21,141 nt of DNA from Candidatus Hermodarchaeota archaeon (GCA_016839805.1 JAEOTO010000029.1:1-21141), one strand, 5' to 3'. Positions 1 through 9,570 are shown, counted from the first letter of the stretch. Program-made: numbers and translations. The notes: generated by a model from the letters alone, not told the origin.

Positions 1-502
1 CCTTCTTCGTAATGGATTCTTTATTCGTGCCAGCACACACAATTCGACCACTACTAAAGAGGAGAAAAACAGCCTTTGGCGTCTTCATCCGGTAGATGAG
101 CCCGGGAAAAACTTCGGGTTCGTAAAGGCAGCGTTCTAGCGTCATTTGAGCCAGGTCCAGATCGATGCGGTTGTGAAGGTCACCACTGGCCACAATATTC
201 TGGATAGTAATTTTGGGCTTGCCAGTGACGGTAATGCCAGCTTTTCGAATCTTGCTAATGACTTTTTCAACAGCTGCCTCTGCCTCAGTCTCTCTGCGTA
301 ATCCGGTGATAACCATTTTGCCACTGCTAAACACGAGGATGGTGGCTTTCGGATTCTTAATCCGAAGCATCAACCCTGGAAACTGTTCAGGGTTATATTC
401 CGCATCTTTTTGCTTACGAGCCAACAGGTTAAGGTCGATTTTTGCAACAACTTCTACGCTTGCTACTACATTCTCAATTTTAAACTTTGGACGTCGGGGC
501 AT
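1..502 (-). CDS. tbp: TATA-box binding protein (3' end runs off the window)
   Basis: Manual translation of the minus strand from ATG 502 gives MPRRPKFKIENVVASVEVVAKIDLNLLARKQKDAEYNPEQFPGLMLRIKNPKATILVFSSGKMVITG, then a second repeat CLYEPEVFPGLIYRMKTPKAVFLLFSSGRIVCAGT. A GGAGG RBS lies upstream. It is absent from the ORF track because there is no stop in the window. Confidence 0.97.
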   Translation of the reverse strand, partial: MPRRPKFKIENVVASVEVVAKIDLNLLARKQKDAEYNPEQFPGLMLRIKNPKATILVFSSGKMVITGLRRETEAEAAVEKVISKIRKAGITVTGKPKITIQNIVASGDLHNRIDLDLAQMTLERCLYEPEVFPGLIYRMKTPKAVFLLFSSGRIVCAGTNKESITKK

Positions 503-722
503 GAGTCAGCCTCCTGCACGCGTTGTCTCGCAAATCAATTACATACAGTCGTCTTAACAATTTCGTATAGTATGAAAATATTGAAGATATTCACTAGTTG
601 CTGGAAAAACGAACCTGAAGACAACCTGAGCAGCCCTGCAAAAGTTATGTACACTAAAAACATTAAACGTTCTATGGGATTTACATTTAGAACGATTATT
701 TTTTCATGTTCTTGGTGGTTTC

Positions 723-1802
723 ATGATTAAGACGCGGATTTGTGACATGTTAGAAATTGAGTATCCAATTATTCAAGCGGCTATGGGTCCATTTGATACT
801 AAGGATCTCGCAGTAGCGGTGGCATCTGCCGGAGGCTTCGGAATGGTAAGCCATCCAGCTCCTCGCATTGAGGATGGCCTTTTTGAAGCCATTCAAGATG
901 AAAAAGCCAAACAGAAGGCCATTGAGAATGTGAAAGAGCGGATGATGGTTGCGGTCCGAGAAGTGGGGCAAAAGGCACAAGGGAATTTTGGGGTCAACTT
1001 TCGTGTTGCGCCTGAGCAGCCTGATGTACCCTTTTTACTGGACGCGCTTCTTGAAGAGCGAGAGAAGGATCCTAATCTCCAGAAGAAGCTAAAAATGGTG
1101 CTCTGCTCAGCAGGTGATCCGACTCAACCTTATCTGAAAAAGATCCAAGAGGCGGGGATGCTTCGCTTCCACACGGTTCCCAGTGTCTATCACGCCAAGA
1201 AAGCCGAAAAGTCAGGGGTTGACGGTCTGATTGTCACGGGGTATGAGGCAGGAGGACACGTAGCCTATGAGCCCCTTCACACTTTTGTTGTGGTTCCGGA
1301 GGTCGTGAAAGAAGTCAATGTTCCGGTCATTGGCGGTGGCGGTGTGTGTGATGGATCGGGTCTCGTTGCCATGTTGGCTTTTGGAGCATTGGGCATCTAT
1401 GTGGGAACCCGATTTATTGTCACTAAAGAGTGTGAATTCAATGACAAGGTTAAGGAGGCAATTATCACCTCGTCAATAAAATTTCCCAAAGAGGCGGCAA
1501 CAATAGTCACTCAAGGTGTCTATGGACCGTTAAGACACCTGAAAAATCCCTATTCACATAAACTCTATGAACTCACACAAAAAATGCAAAGCGGTGAGAT
1601 TTCGATGTTGGATGTTTTGCTTTATGAAACAGAGGGTACCTACCGGGCTAAAGGCACGGAAGGGAATGTTGAAGATGGCGCTATATGGGCGGGACAGGCG
1701 GCTCTGAGAATACACGAACTTATGACCTGTAATGAATTGATATCTGACATAATGCATGAGGCACAGGAAATTCTTAAGGACTTTGCAGAGAAATACACCT
1801 GA
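723..1802 (+). CDS. Nitronate monooxygenase / enoyl-ACP(CoA) reductase II (FabK/IpdC-like) FMN TIM-barrel protein
   Basis: Motifs IEYPIIQAAMG, LAVAVASAGGFG, GYEAGGH, VPVIGGGGVCDG, GIYVGTRF and WAGQ are typical of the NPD/FabK family. Confidence 0.88.
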   Translation: MIKTRICDMLEIEYPIIQAAMGPFDTKDLAVAVASAGGFGMVSHPAPRIEDGLFEAIQDEKAKQKAIENVKERMMVAVREVGQKAQGNFGVNFRVAPEQPDVPFLLDALLEEREKDPNLQKKLKMVLCSAGDPTQPYLKKIQEAGMLRFHTVPSVYHAKKAEKSGVDGLIVTGYEAGGHVAYEPLHTFVVVPEVVKEVNVPVIGGGGVCDGSGLVAMLAFGALGIYVGTRFIVTKECEFNDKVKEAIITSSIKFPKEAATIVTQGVYGPLRHLKNPYSHKLYELTQKMQSGEISMLDVLLYETEGTYRAKGTEGNVEDGAIWAGQAALRIHELMTCNELISDIMHEAQEILKDFAEKYT

Positions 1803-1902
1803 ATCTTCAGTTTTGTGGTTGAATTGAATCTCAAAAACTAGTTAAGGTTAGAGATGGAATTCTCCTCAATCCCAAACAGAAACGATAGGATGTACGAGTT
1901 TT

Positions 1903-2373
1903 ATGGACGAAAAACGCGTTGAAATCACAACGGGTTTTGTTCAAGCAGAATATAATTTCTGGGTTGGCAAATACATGGACAAATTTTACGATGGGTTACT
2001 AACAAAAAAGATAATTGGCAATAAATGTCCGACCTGTGCAAAAGTTTTCGTTCCTCCCAGAAAGATTTGTGGCAAATGTTTTGAGACTATAGATTTTGAT
2101 AATCATTGGGTAGAACTTGATGGAATCGGAACGTTACTCAATTTCACGACAACACCCTATATGATAACTGAAGCGGGGAAGGAAAAAACATCAGAGACGA
2201 CTCTGATTGGAATGGTCCGATTTGAGGGAAGTGATACTGCTGTTGTATATAAGATTCTGGGCGTTGAAGAACAGGGTCTGAAAATTGGGCTGAAGATGCA
2301 AGTCGTTTGGAATGATTCCTTGAAGGGGTGCCCCTCGGATATAAAGGGCTTTACACCATTCAGGGGGGCATAA
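1903..2373 (+). CDS. DUF35 family Zn-ribbon/OB-fold protein (thiolase/aldolase partner)
   Basis: CPTC-x(10)-CGKC with VFVPPR, G-x-L-x-NFT and a C-terminal KIGLKMQVVW OB-fold pattern. It sits next to thiolase-fold genes. Confidence 0.92.
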   Translation: MDEKRVEITTGFVQAEYNFWVGKYMDKFYDGLLTKKIIGNKCPTCAKVFVPPRKICGKCFETIDFDNHWVELDGIGTLLNFTTTPYMITEAGKEKTSETTLIGMVRFEGSDTAVVYKILGVEEQGLKIGLKMQVVWNDSLKGCPSDIKGFTPFRGA

Positions 2374-2375
2374 TA

Positions 2376-3521
2376 TTGGACAAGGTAGGAATTGTCGGGT
2401 ATTATCAAGTACAGCCCTCTTTAAATCTAAACATGGGACGGTATGAAATGATTTTCAATACCGTCAGAGGGGCCCTTGATAGTGTGGGTTTGAAGAGAAA
2501 GGACGTCACGTCCGTGGTAAGTGCTACGAATGATTACTATGATGGACGGACTATTTCCAATTGTTTTACTGTTGAAGCGGGCGGAGCGTACTTGAAGGAT
2601 GAATCAAAAGTGGAAATGGATGGCGCCTATGCCGTCTACTATGGTCTTCTACGTGCCCTATCCGGGCATCACAAATTAGTACTAGTGTGGGGTGGAAGCA
2701 TGCCTTCCTGTTTTCCCTATAGTTCCTCCACCCTTCTTTCAACGGATCCGACTTTTGAAAGACCTCTTGAAATAATTAACGATCTCACTGCAGGGGGGCT
2801 TCAAATGAGAGCATATATGAACAAGTTTGATGTGCCCGCAGAAGACATTGCACAGGTTGCCGTAAAGAATCATAAAAACGCCGCTAAGAATACCTCATCT
2901 TTACCTGAATCACGAATGCCTGATATTTCAACAGAAACCGTCCTTAATTCGGATGTGCTCAGTTCTCCGGTCACCGAGTTGATGTACTCCCAACCATGTG
3001 ACGCGGCAGCCTGCATATTATTAGCTCCCGAACAACAGGCATTAAAGATTCGAGATGATCCAGTGTGGATAACCGGGGTTGGTTATTCTCAAGAAACCTA
3101 TTACCTTGGAGACAGAGATCTCAGTCGAAGTCAATCTATGCAAGATGCAGCTCAAATGGCGTTTCGGATGGCAGGAGTTAAAGATGCGAAAAAGGAAATT
3201 GATGTTGCCGAATTGTACGAGCATTTTTCGCATGAAGAGTTAATTTTCGCCGAGGCTCTTGGCTTCTGTGACCCCGGTCAGGGACCATCCTTATCAACTG
3301 AAATCAGTGGCGGAATACCCATCAATCCATCGGGTGGGGGCATGAGTGGAAATGCACCTTGTGCCACTGGAATCATTCGGCTTATCGAAGCTATCAAGCA
3401 GATTACCGGGGAGGCAAAGGGGTATCAGGTCAAGGATGTTCAACGTGCTATAGCGTCCGGTCAAAACGGGTTTTGTGCGCAAACTAACATGCTCTTTGTA
3501 TTGGAAGGGGGTTCGAAGTAA
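2376..3521 (+). CDS. SCP2-thiolase-fold protein, Ltp4-like (no catalytic Cys)
   Basis: ESKVEMDGA replaces the thiolase nucleophile region. Other motifs are PCDAAAC, DVAELYEHF and INPSGG. The likely start is TTG 2376, just after the DUF35 stop, rather than the ORF-track start at 2328. Confidence 0.85.
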   Translation: MDKVGIVGYYQVQPSLNLNMGRYEMIFNTVRGALDSVGLKRKDVTSVVSATNDYYDGRTISNCFTVEAGGAYLKDESKVEMDGAYAVYYGLLRALSGHHKLVLVWGGSMPSCFPYSSSTLLSTDPTFERPLEIINDLTAGGLQMRAYMNKFDVPAEDIAQVAVKNHKNAAKNTSSLPESRMPDISTETVLNSDVLSSPVTELMYSQPCDAAACILLAPEQQALKIRDDPVWITGVGYSQETYYLGDRDLSRSQSMQDAAQMAFRMAGVKDAKKEIDVAELYEHFSHEELIFAEALGFCDPGQGPSLSTEISGGIPINPSGGGMSGNAPCATGIIRLIEAIKQITGEAKGYQVKDVQRAIASGQNGFCAQTNMLFVLEGGSK

Positions 3522-4774
3522 TGGGTGACCGGCAAGTGGCGGTTGTCAGTGCAGGATTCTGTGAGCACGCTTCAAAACGATCTGATGTGAATATGGCAGA
3601 GCTGGTCAATGAAGCCGTTCACAACTGTTTGAACAACGCTAATTGTGACATTGATGCCGTTGATGCCATCGTAGCTGGGAATATGCCCGCATTTGAAGGC
3701 GCGAATCTTCCCGAATTATGGATGACTGATTGGTTAGGCGCTCGAAACAAACCACTTATGAGAGTAACCACAGGAGGGTCGACCGGGGGATCGGTTGCCA
3801 TAGCCGGTTATTATAATGTCGCAGCGGGGCTTCCTGGGATAGAGACGGTGTTGACTGTTGCTTTCGAACAGCAATCCTGTGGAAATACAAGCGTTGGACT
3901 TTCCTCAGTGGCCTTGGGAGAGATTTCAATCGTGAACGCGCTGGGTTTACCTGCTGAGAGTGCCATGAGAATCTTTGGGGCGGGGGCCGCTATTGGCATT
4001 GCATCATATCAGGCAATAAACTACATGAACCGCAGTGGCTGTACAGAGGAAGACCTCGCCCGAGTCGTTGTTCAGAATCGACGGAATGCCGCGAAGAATT
4101 GGTGGACGCATCTGAAAATGCCCGATTATACAATCGAACAAGTGATGGCCACACCCTATATCTCCTACCCGTTACGATTTGGGATGGTCACACCGGCATC
4201 AGATGGGGCTTGTGCTATGTTATACACAACCGAAGAAAAAGCCAAAGACTTTGCCGATATCCCCGCTTACGTCAATGGAGTAGCGAGCGTGAGTCATGAA
4301 ACAGCGATTTTAGGTGTCGGTGGTGCAGGCGCTGGTCAACTTGATCCCTGTGAACAGGTGGGCGCGGTCGAATCAGCAAAATTAGCCTATGCGCAAGCGG
4401 GAATCTCCTTTCCCGAAAAAGAAATTGATTTTGCAGAGGTCTATTCGCCATTTCCCAATCAGGAACTAATGTGGTTAGAAAGACTGGGATTATTCGAAGA
4501 AAACACGGCCCATCTTCGATATCGAGATGGAACCACTGCGCCCAATGGAGAATTACCTGTAAACTGTTCAGGAGGCGTAAATTCAACGAATGCGATCGGA
4601 GCCTCAGCGCTTGAACGTGTCGCTGAAGCGGCTCTGCAGATTATGGGGAAGGCGGGAAATCAAGTCCCCAAAACCGTGCATTCTGCCATTGGGCACGGAT
4701 GGGGCGGGTGTATCAATTTGGTCACCTTGACCGTATTAAGCGATCAACCACGAAGAAAATGGAGGGCGCACTAA
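3521..4774 (+). CDS. SCP2-thiolase-fold protein, Ltp3-like (no catalytic Cys)
   Basis: Motifs PLMRVTTGGSTGGS, SDGACA, AEVYSPF..ELMWLERLG, VNCSGGVNSTNAIGAS and QIMGKAG. It overlaps the upstream stop (TAATG). Confidence 0.87.
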   Translation: MGDRQVAVVSAGFCEHASKRSDVNMAELVNEAVHNCLNNANCDIDAVDAIVAGNMPAFEGANLPELWMTDWLGARNKPLMRVTTGGSTGGSVAIAGYYNVAAGLPGIETVLTVAFEQQSCGNTSVGLSSVALGEISIVNALGLPAESAMRIFGAGAAIGIASYQAINYMNRSGCTEEDLARVVVQNRRNAAKNWWTHLKMPDYTIEQVMATPYISYPLRFGMVTPASDGACAMLYTTEEKAKDFADIPAYVNGVASVSHETAILGVGGAGAGQLDPCEQVGAVESAKLAYAQAGISFPEKEIDFAEVYSPFPNQELMWLERLGLFEENTAHLRYRDGTTAPNGELPVNCSGGVNSTNAIGASALERVAEAALQIMGKAGNQVPKTVHSAIGHGWGGCINLVTLTVLSDQPRRKWRAH

Positions 4775-4775
4775 C

Positions 4776-5288
4776 ATGGTGCGACTTGAATATATCAAAA
4801 AGGAATATGAGAAAACCCGTCAGATGCCCGGGAAGTGGTATTTAACGTCTTGTCGCTACAAATTTAATATTACTCGCTTCCAGCCATTTCTTTCAGCCTT
4901 AAAGGAGAAACGCTTGATTGGTTTAAAATGCCGGAGCTGTAATACGGTAAGTTTTCCCCCAAAACTGGTGTGTGGAAAGTGCCTAACGCGCCCCGATCAG
5001 TGGGTTTCGCTTCGTGAAACGGGAATCGTGGCTACTTTCACTGCCAATTACATGAAAGATGAAACCACGGGGGAGGCGAATGCATTTCCTGTGATTGCAG
5101 TTCGGCAAGATGGGGCTGACACGACATATCTGACTCAACTCAATCCTAAGGTCAAATTTGAGGATGTCTATGTTGGCATGCCCGTGAAGATCAAATGGAA
5201 GGATAACACCGAAGGCAATCTAAACGACATTGACTACTACGACTGTATAGACGATCCAACTCAGAAGATGGATTCACTCACTAAGTAA
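4776..5288 (+). CDS. DUF35 family Zn-ribbon/OB-fold protein
   Basis: CRSC..SFPPKLVCGKC, GIVATFT and VYVGMPVKIKW. Confidence 0.92.
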   Translation: MVRLEYIKKEYEKTRQMPGKWYLTSCRYKFNITRFQPFLSALKEKRLIGLKCRSCNTVSFPPKLVCGKCLTRPDQWVSLRETGIVATFTANYMKDETTGEANAFPVIAVRQDGADTTYLTQLNPKVKFEDVYVGMPVKIKWKDNTEGNLNDIDYYDCIDDPTQKMDSLTK

Positions 5289-5332
5289 GATTGGTTGAGG
5301 TCCCTACTACTGGCAAGTACCTATAGGAAGTA

Positions 5333-6901
5333 ATGATGGTGACTTTAGGTAAATTAGTTGAAAAGCAAGCCCAGAAATATCCGGAGAAAATCTTCCTTTA
5401 CTGGCAAGAAGAGACTGTGACATATTCTCAGTTCGATGAACTAACTAACCAAATAGCAAACATGTTGTATGATTTAGGGGTTCGAAAGGGGAATGTAGTC
5501 AGTGTTCTGCTCCCAAATATGTTAGAGTATGTTTACTTCTACCTCGGTATTCCCAAACTTGGTGCGATAGTGGGACCAGTGAATGCGTCATTCAAGGCGC
5601 GCGAGGTTCAATTTGTTGTCAGTCATTCTGAGGCAATGGTGCTCATTACGACTCCACAGTTCATGGAACTCGTTGATGCCATTCGAGAAGATCTCCCCCA
5701 ATTGAAGCATGTGGTAGTGATTGGAGAACCAACACCGGGTACTTTGAATTATCAGGACTTAATGATGAAAGCAGCAGTCACGCCCCCACCACGTGTCCCG
5801 ATAGATGAAAGGGAGGATCCCGCCGCGATACTCTATACGTCCGGAACCACTGGGTTTCCTAAGGGTGTGTTACAGACGCACTTTAATATTAAACGAAACG
5901 CTGAGATGATTATCAACCATCTTGATGTAAAAACCGAAGAGACCCATCGATTCATGCTCATTTTACCACTCTTCCATGTTAATGCCCAAATTGTCACCAT
6001 CATGACCCCTCTCAGCATGGGCGCCAGTACCATTTTAACACCAGGATTTTCCGCAAAGAAACATTGGGAAACCGTCGCAAAATACCGAGCCACTACTTTT
6101 AGCGCGGTTCCTACTATTCTCTCGATCTTACTAAGAATGCCCCACAAGGATTTAGATCTGTCCTCAATAAAGTGGATTATTTGTGGCGCCGCCCCTTTGC
6201 CTGTTGAAGTGATGAAAACCTTTGAATCGACATTCAACTGTAGCATAGTCGAAGGGTACGGGCTCACAGAAGGAACCTGTGCTTCATCCTGTAATCCATT
6301 GCCCTCGGAGACAGAAGATAAACGAAAAGTTGGAAGCATTGGTGTGCCATTACCCACTACAAAAATGAAAATTGTCAATGATCAAAGCAAGGAGGTTTCC
6401 ATAAATGTGACTGGAGAAATCCTTTGCAAAGGTGATCACATCATGAAGGGGTATTTTAAGAATCCCGAGGCCAATGCCGAGACTCTCAAAGAGGGCTGGC
6501 TTTACACAGGAGATCTCGGTTATGTCGATGAAGATGGGTTCTACTACATTGTAGGTCGCAAAAAAGACCTGATTATTCGCGGTGGCGAGAATATCTATTC
6601 CCGGGAAGTTGAAGAAGTTCTCTATACATATCCAGGCGTATTAGAAGCCGCGGTTATTGGAGTGGAAGATGAAATCTATGGAGAAGTTCCAAAGGCATTT
6701 ATTGTGATGAAAGACGGCCACACCGCTACTATCGACCAAATCATCACGCATTGTAAAGAAAATGTAGCTGATTTCAAAGTCCCCCAATACGTTGAGTTCC
6801 GTAATGAGTTACCTAAGAATCCAACTGGAAAAATTATGAAGCGACCACTCCGCGAAGAGGAAGAAGCCAAACAGACAAACTTACAACCAACCAGACGTTA
6901 G
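5333..6901 (+). CDS. Long-chain fatty acid/acyl-CoA ligase (AMP-forming, FadD-like)
   Basis: AMP-binding motifs LYTSGTTGFPKG, EGYGLTEG, WLYTGDLG, RKKDLIIRGGENI and LPKNPTGKI. Confidence 0.95.
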   Translation: MMVTLGKLVEKQAQKYPEKIFLYWQEETVTYSQFDELTNQIANMLYDLGVRKGNVVSVLLPNMLEYVYFYLGIPKLGAIVGPVNASFKAREVQFVVSHSEAMVLITTPQFMELVDAIREDLPQLKHVVVIGEPTPGTLNYQDLMMKAAVTPPPRVPIDEREDPAAILYTSGTTGFPKGVLQTHFNIKRNAEMIINHLDVKTEETHRFMLILPLFHVNAQIVTIMTPLSMGASTILTPGFSAKKHWETVAKYRATTFSAVPTILSILLRMPHKDLDLSSIKWIICGAAPLPVEVMKTFESTFNCSIVEGYGLTEGTCASSCNPLPSETEDKRKVGSIGVPLPTTKMKIVNDQSKEVSINVTGEILCKGDHIMKGYFKNPEANAETLKEGWLYTGDLGYVDEDGFYYIVGRKKDLIIRGGENIYSREVEEVLYTYPGVLEAAVIGVEDEIYGEVPKAFIVMKDGHTATIDQIITHCKENVADFKVPQYVEFRNELPKNPTGKIMKRPLREEEEAKQTNLQPTRR

Positions 6902-6902
6902 G

Positions 6903-6950
6903 AATACTTGTCTTCGAAACTCAGCTGAATGGCACATAGCGCACGGAAAA
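6903..6950 (+). repeat. Dispersed repeat, right-hand box only (GTCTTCGA at 6910)
   Basis: GTCTTCGA-N14-GCACATAGC-N5-GAAAA aligns without gaps to the right half of the full copies at 14038 and 21030. It begins just after the ligase stop. Confidence 0.6.
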
Positions 6951-7247
6951 ATGGTCTGCTCTAGCCTTAAAAAGAAACATTTTCCTCCCAAAGCTACAGC
7001 ACGCCTTCTAACTATATTTACAAATCCTACAACAAGTTAGTCTAGCGGTATCTAGGTGGCAGGGTGCAGAAAATTTGTCGGTACTTGCTAATAGTGAGGA
7101 CAATACCTAAACATGTTGCGTATTAGTAACCGGTTCCTCATGCCTTCATCGGTTCACCACAATTTTAACTTATATTGTACCCCTATGCAAGCAAGGTGCA
7201 TTAAAACAGAGCCTGTTCGTACAGTATGAACAATAGGATGGAGGTGA

Positions 7248-8534
7248 TTGAAGTTGGAGCTATGGCTGCTGGTTTTACTAATTTTTCTCTTGACTGTGTT
7301 GCTGATTGTGACACGTATGGTACATTATACGACGGCTGCGATGATTGGGGCGGTGTTGGCATCGATTGCGCTCATAACGCGGGGGGTACCGGGCCAAGAG
7401 ATTTTGGCAATGGTGCGCTTAGAGCCAATTCTTGTTATTACCGCGATGACAGTCGTAGCCGAAGTGATACGGGGTGCAGGGGTGTTTCAGTTTCTCGCCG
7501 TCCATTTCATCCGACTGACTCGAGGCGATCCGAAAAAGCTCTTCGTCTTATTTTGCTTACTTACCGCGGGCTTGTCGACGGTGCTTATGAGTACGGTGGT
7601 AATCTTAATAATGGGATATTTGACGATTTTAACATGTCAGGCTCTAAAACTAAAACCCCATGCGTTCTTACTGGGAGAGATGTTAGCAGTAGGTATTGGT
7701 GGAGCCTTCACCCTAATTGGAACATCGTCAAATGTAATCGTTGCAAATTACGCAGGATTTGATTTTGTCTACTACATCCTGCAATTTGCGGGGTTGGCAA
7801 TAATAGTGCTGATTGTGACGCTAGTTGCAGTGTTTTTAATTATTCGGAGCCAATTGGTCACAGTGGATAAAGAGGTGTTTGAGCTAGTAATGGATTTTGA
7901 TCCATGGATGATGGTTCCGAATCGCCGATTATTTTGGGTGTATGCCGGTCTCTTTGGCATACTTATCGTGGCATTTGCAATATTTCCTCAGGTATATGTA
8001 GTGGCGCTTGCTGGAATGATGGTTTTTATGATTGTAAGTCAGGCTGACCCACGGACGAGTCTACGCGACGTAGAATGGGCCATCATCTTTTACATCGGCG
8101 GTCTCTTCATTCTCTCAGGCGCCTTAGAGTATGTAGGCATTCTCAGAGTCATTTCAGAAGGGATCTTACAAGCGAGTGGCGGACAATTGATACCAGCTTC
8201 ATTGATGATGTTATGGGTAACATGGCTCGGCGCCTTCGTCATTGGAGGGTCACCCATGACAACCACATTTGCACCACTTGCAGTCGAAATGGCGACAGTA
8301 ATGGGTTGGACTATAGGGATACGGGACCCCCTTTTCTGGGGGATAGGATTTGGGGCCTCCTTGGGCGGAACAGCAAGTCCCTTTGGAACGGTACCCATGT
8401 TAATTGTTTCAATGACGAATTTCAAGAATTCCAAGATGTCCATACGCGCTTTTCTCATTATCGGGATACTCGTGAACATCATCTCGATTGTTTTGTGCTC
8501 ACTCTATATCTTGCTACTAGTGCCGCTTGTCTAA
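7248..8534 (+). CDS. ArsB/NhaD/SLC13 (ion transporter superfamily) permease
   Basis: About 11-12 hydrophobic segments with motifs GVFQFLA, IGGAFTLIGTSSNVIV, VEWAIIFYIGGLFIL and GASLGGTASPFG. A GGAGGTGA RBS precedes the TTG start. Confidence 0.85.
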   Translation: MKLELWLLVLLIFLLTVLLIVTRMVHYTTAAMIGAVLASIALITRGVPGQEILAMVRLEPILVITAMTVVAEVIRGAGVFQFLAVHFIRLTRGDPKKLFVLFCLLTAGLSTVLMSTVVILIMGYLTILTCQALKLKPHAFLLGEMLAVGIGGAFTLIGTSSNVIVANYAGFDFVYYILQFAGLAIIVLIVTLVAVFLIIRSQLVTVDKEVFELVMDFDPWMMVPNRRLFWVYAGLFGILIVAFAIFPQVYVVALAGMMVFMIVSQADPRTSLRDVEWAIIFYIGGLFILSGALEYVGILRVISEGILQASGGQLIPASLMMLWVTWLGAFVIGGSPMTTTFAPLAVEMATVMGWTIGIRDPLFWGIGFGASLGGTASPFGTVPMLIVSMTNFKNSKMSIRAFLIIGILVNIISIVLCSLYILLLVPLV

Positions 8535-8540
8535 GACTTC

Positions 8541-8575
8541 GAGAAGACCCCGTCCTTCAGGTCGGGGTAGTTCAC
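8541..8575 (+). mobile_element. IS200/IS605-family right-end remnant (subterminal hairpin + TCAC)
   Basis: GAGAAGACCCCGTCCTTCAGGTCGGGGTAGTTCAC contains an ACCCCG/CGGGGT stem with an inner CC-TTCA-GG and ends in GTAGTTCAC, the typical IS605/IS1341 right-end pattern. No transposase or tnpB is attached. Confidence 0.75.
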
Positions 8576-8738
8576 TTACTGAGTGTAATGTGAAAATGTG
8601 GATGATGATTGTTTGTTGGTGTTTGGCTTGGAGGGAAGTACTATAAGGCAGTCCAATCTCAAATCCAATATACTGATAGAAACAACAAAGCGGCATAATC
8701 TAAGAAAATAAAAAAAACTTCAAGATATGACAGGGCTT

Positions 8739-8770
8739 GTTATCAAACCTGCTAAAACGCTCGAAGACTC
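8739..8770 (-). repeat. Possible inverted right-hand box of the dispersed repeat
   Basis: The minus strand reads GTCTTCGA (8768-8761)-N17-ATAAC, versus N18 in the forward copies at 8803 and 17332. Confidence 0.45.
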
Positions 8771-8794
8771 AGAAAATTGAGGTCAGAATAAATC

Positions 8795-8843
8795 ACAATT
8801 ATGTCTTCGACATCTTGTAAAGCGTCTAATAACACAAAGAAAA
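8795..8843 (+). repeat. Dispersed repeat, right-hand box only (GTCTTCGA at 8803)
   Basis: ACAATTATGTCTTCGA-N14-TCTAATAAC-N5-GAAAA, located between convergent genes. Confidence 0.65.
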
Positions 8844-8902
8844 TCAGGTTACAGCAACACTTTGCTGCTTATTTTTTTAAGAATTGGTCGGAGTTGCCTG
8901 GG

Positions 8903-9511
8903 TTAAGATGTTGGGCTCGATTTCGTAGGTTTCTTACCTAGCTTTTCAAGACTAATTTTTTCTTCCTCTAGGTGCAATTTTGTATACTGATGTAGAAGCG
9001 AAAGATAAAGAAACTTAGCCTGATCTTCGCTATTGGCTTCGCCTTCATCGATTCTTTTCTCTATAGTTTCTGCGATTTCTTGAGCGTATTCATCGATTAA
9101 CGGATTTACGAGCTTATGGAGATCAAGGTCTTTGTCTCCAATCTTTCCTAAAAGGTATCCCCAAAGAAAGGTCTTGATTGGGAGCAACTGGGCTTCCTGT
9201 TCGGCTGGAGAGAGGGACCTCAGTTTCGGTACTTGCAGCGGGAAAACGGCGCGATAGAATTTCCGGATTCCGCCACGGTAGTATTCCTCCCGCGTCTTGG
9301 TGATTAGGTTCTCTTCTTCAAGGCGCTTTAAGTGGTAGCTGATTCGGCTTTTGCTTAGGCCCAACATCTTTGCTAATTCACCGAGGGAGTGCTCTTCTTC
9401 GGTTAAATGCCGTAGAATGCTGGCGGTAATAGGACGAACCAGCATAGACGCTGACTTGGGCTGGATGATAGATCGAGCCTGTGTGTTAGGGGGATTTCCC
9501 AGGGTCTTCAC
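8903..9511 (-). CDS. ArsR-family winged-helix transcriptional regulator
   Basis: ILRHLTEEEHSLGELAKMLGLSKSRISYHLKRLEEENLI helix-turn-helix with a GGIRKFY wing. It is divergent from the opine DH/B12 operon. Confidence 0.88.
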   Translation of the reverse strand: MKTLGNPPNTQARSIIQPKSASMLVRPITASILRHLTEEEHSLGELAKMLGLSKSRISYHLKRLEEENLITKTREEYYRGGIRKFYRAVFPLQVPKLRSLSPAEQEAQLLPIKTFLWGYLLGKIGDKDLDLHKLVNPLIDEYAQEIAETIEKRIDEGEANSEDQAKFLYLSLLHQYTKLHLEEEKISLEKLGKKPTKSSPTS

Positions 9512-9570
9512 ATCCGCGATTTTGTTCTGTGTTTATAAAAGTTATAAAGGACTGCAAAATACTTATATCT

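Noticed and set aside
142-730. ORF-track calls 142-324, 213-557 and 410-730
   Set aside because: These are shadows of the tbp gene and its divergent intergenic region.
7226-7762. 178-aa Cys/Gly-rich alternative-frame ORF, and other overlapping ORFs such as 5833-6378 and 8075-8593
   Set aside because: They are out-of-frame or antisense shadows of well-supported genes and have no recognisable motifs.
8587-8615. Possible degenerate inverted copy of the 33-bp site (ATGTGGATGATGATTGTTT)
   Set aside because: It needs a gap and several mismatches in low-complexity TG-rich sequence, so it is not supportable by eye.
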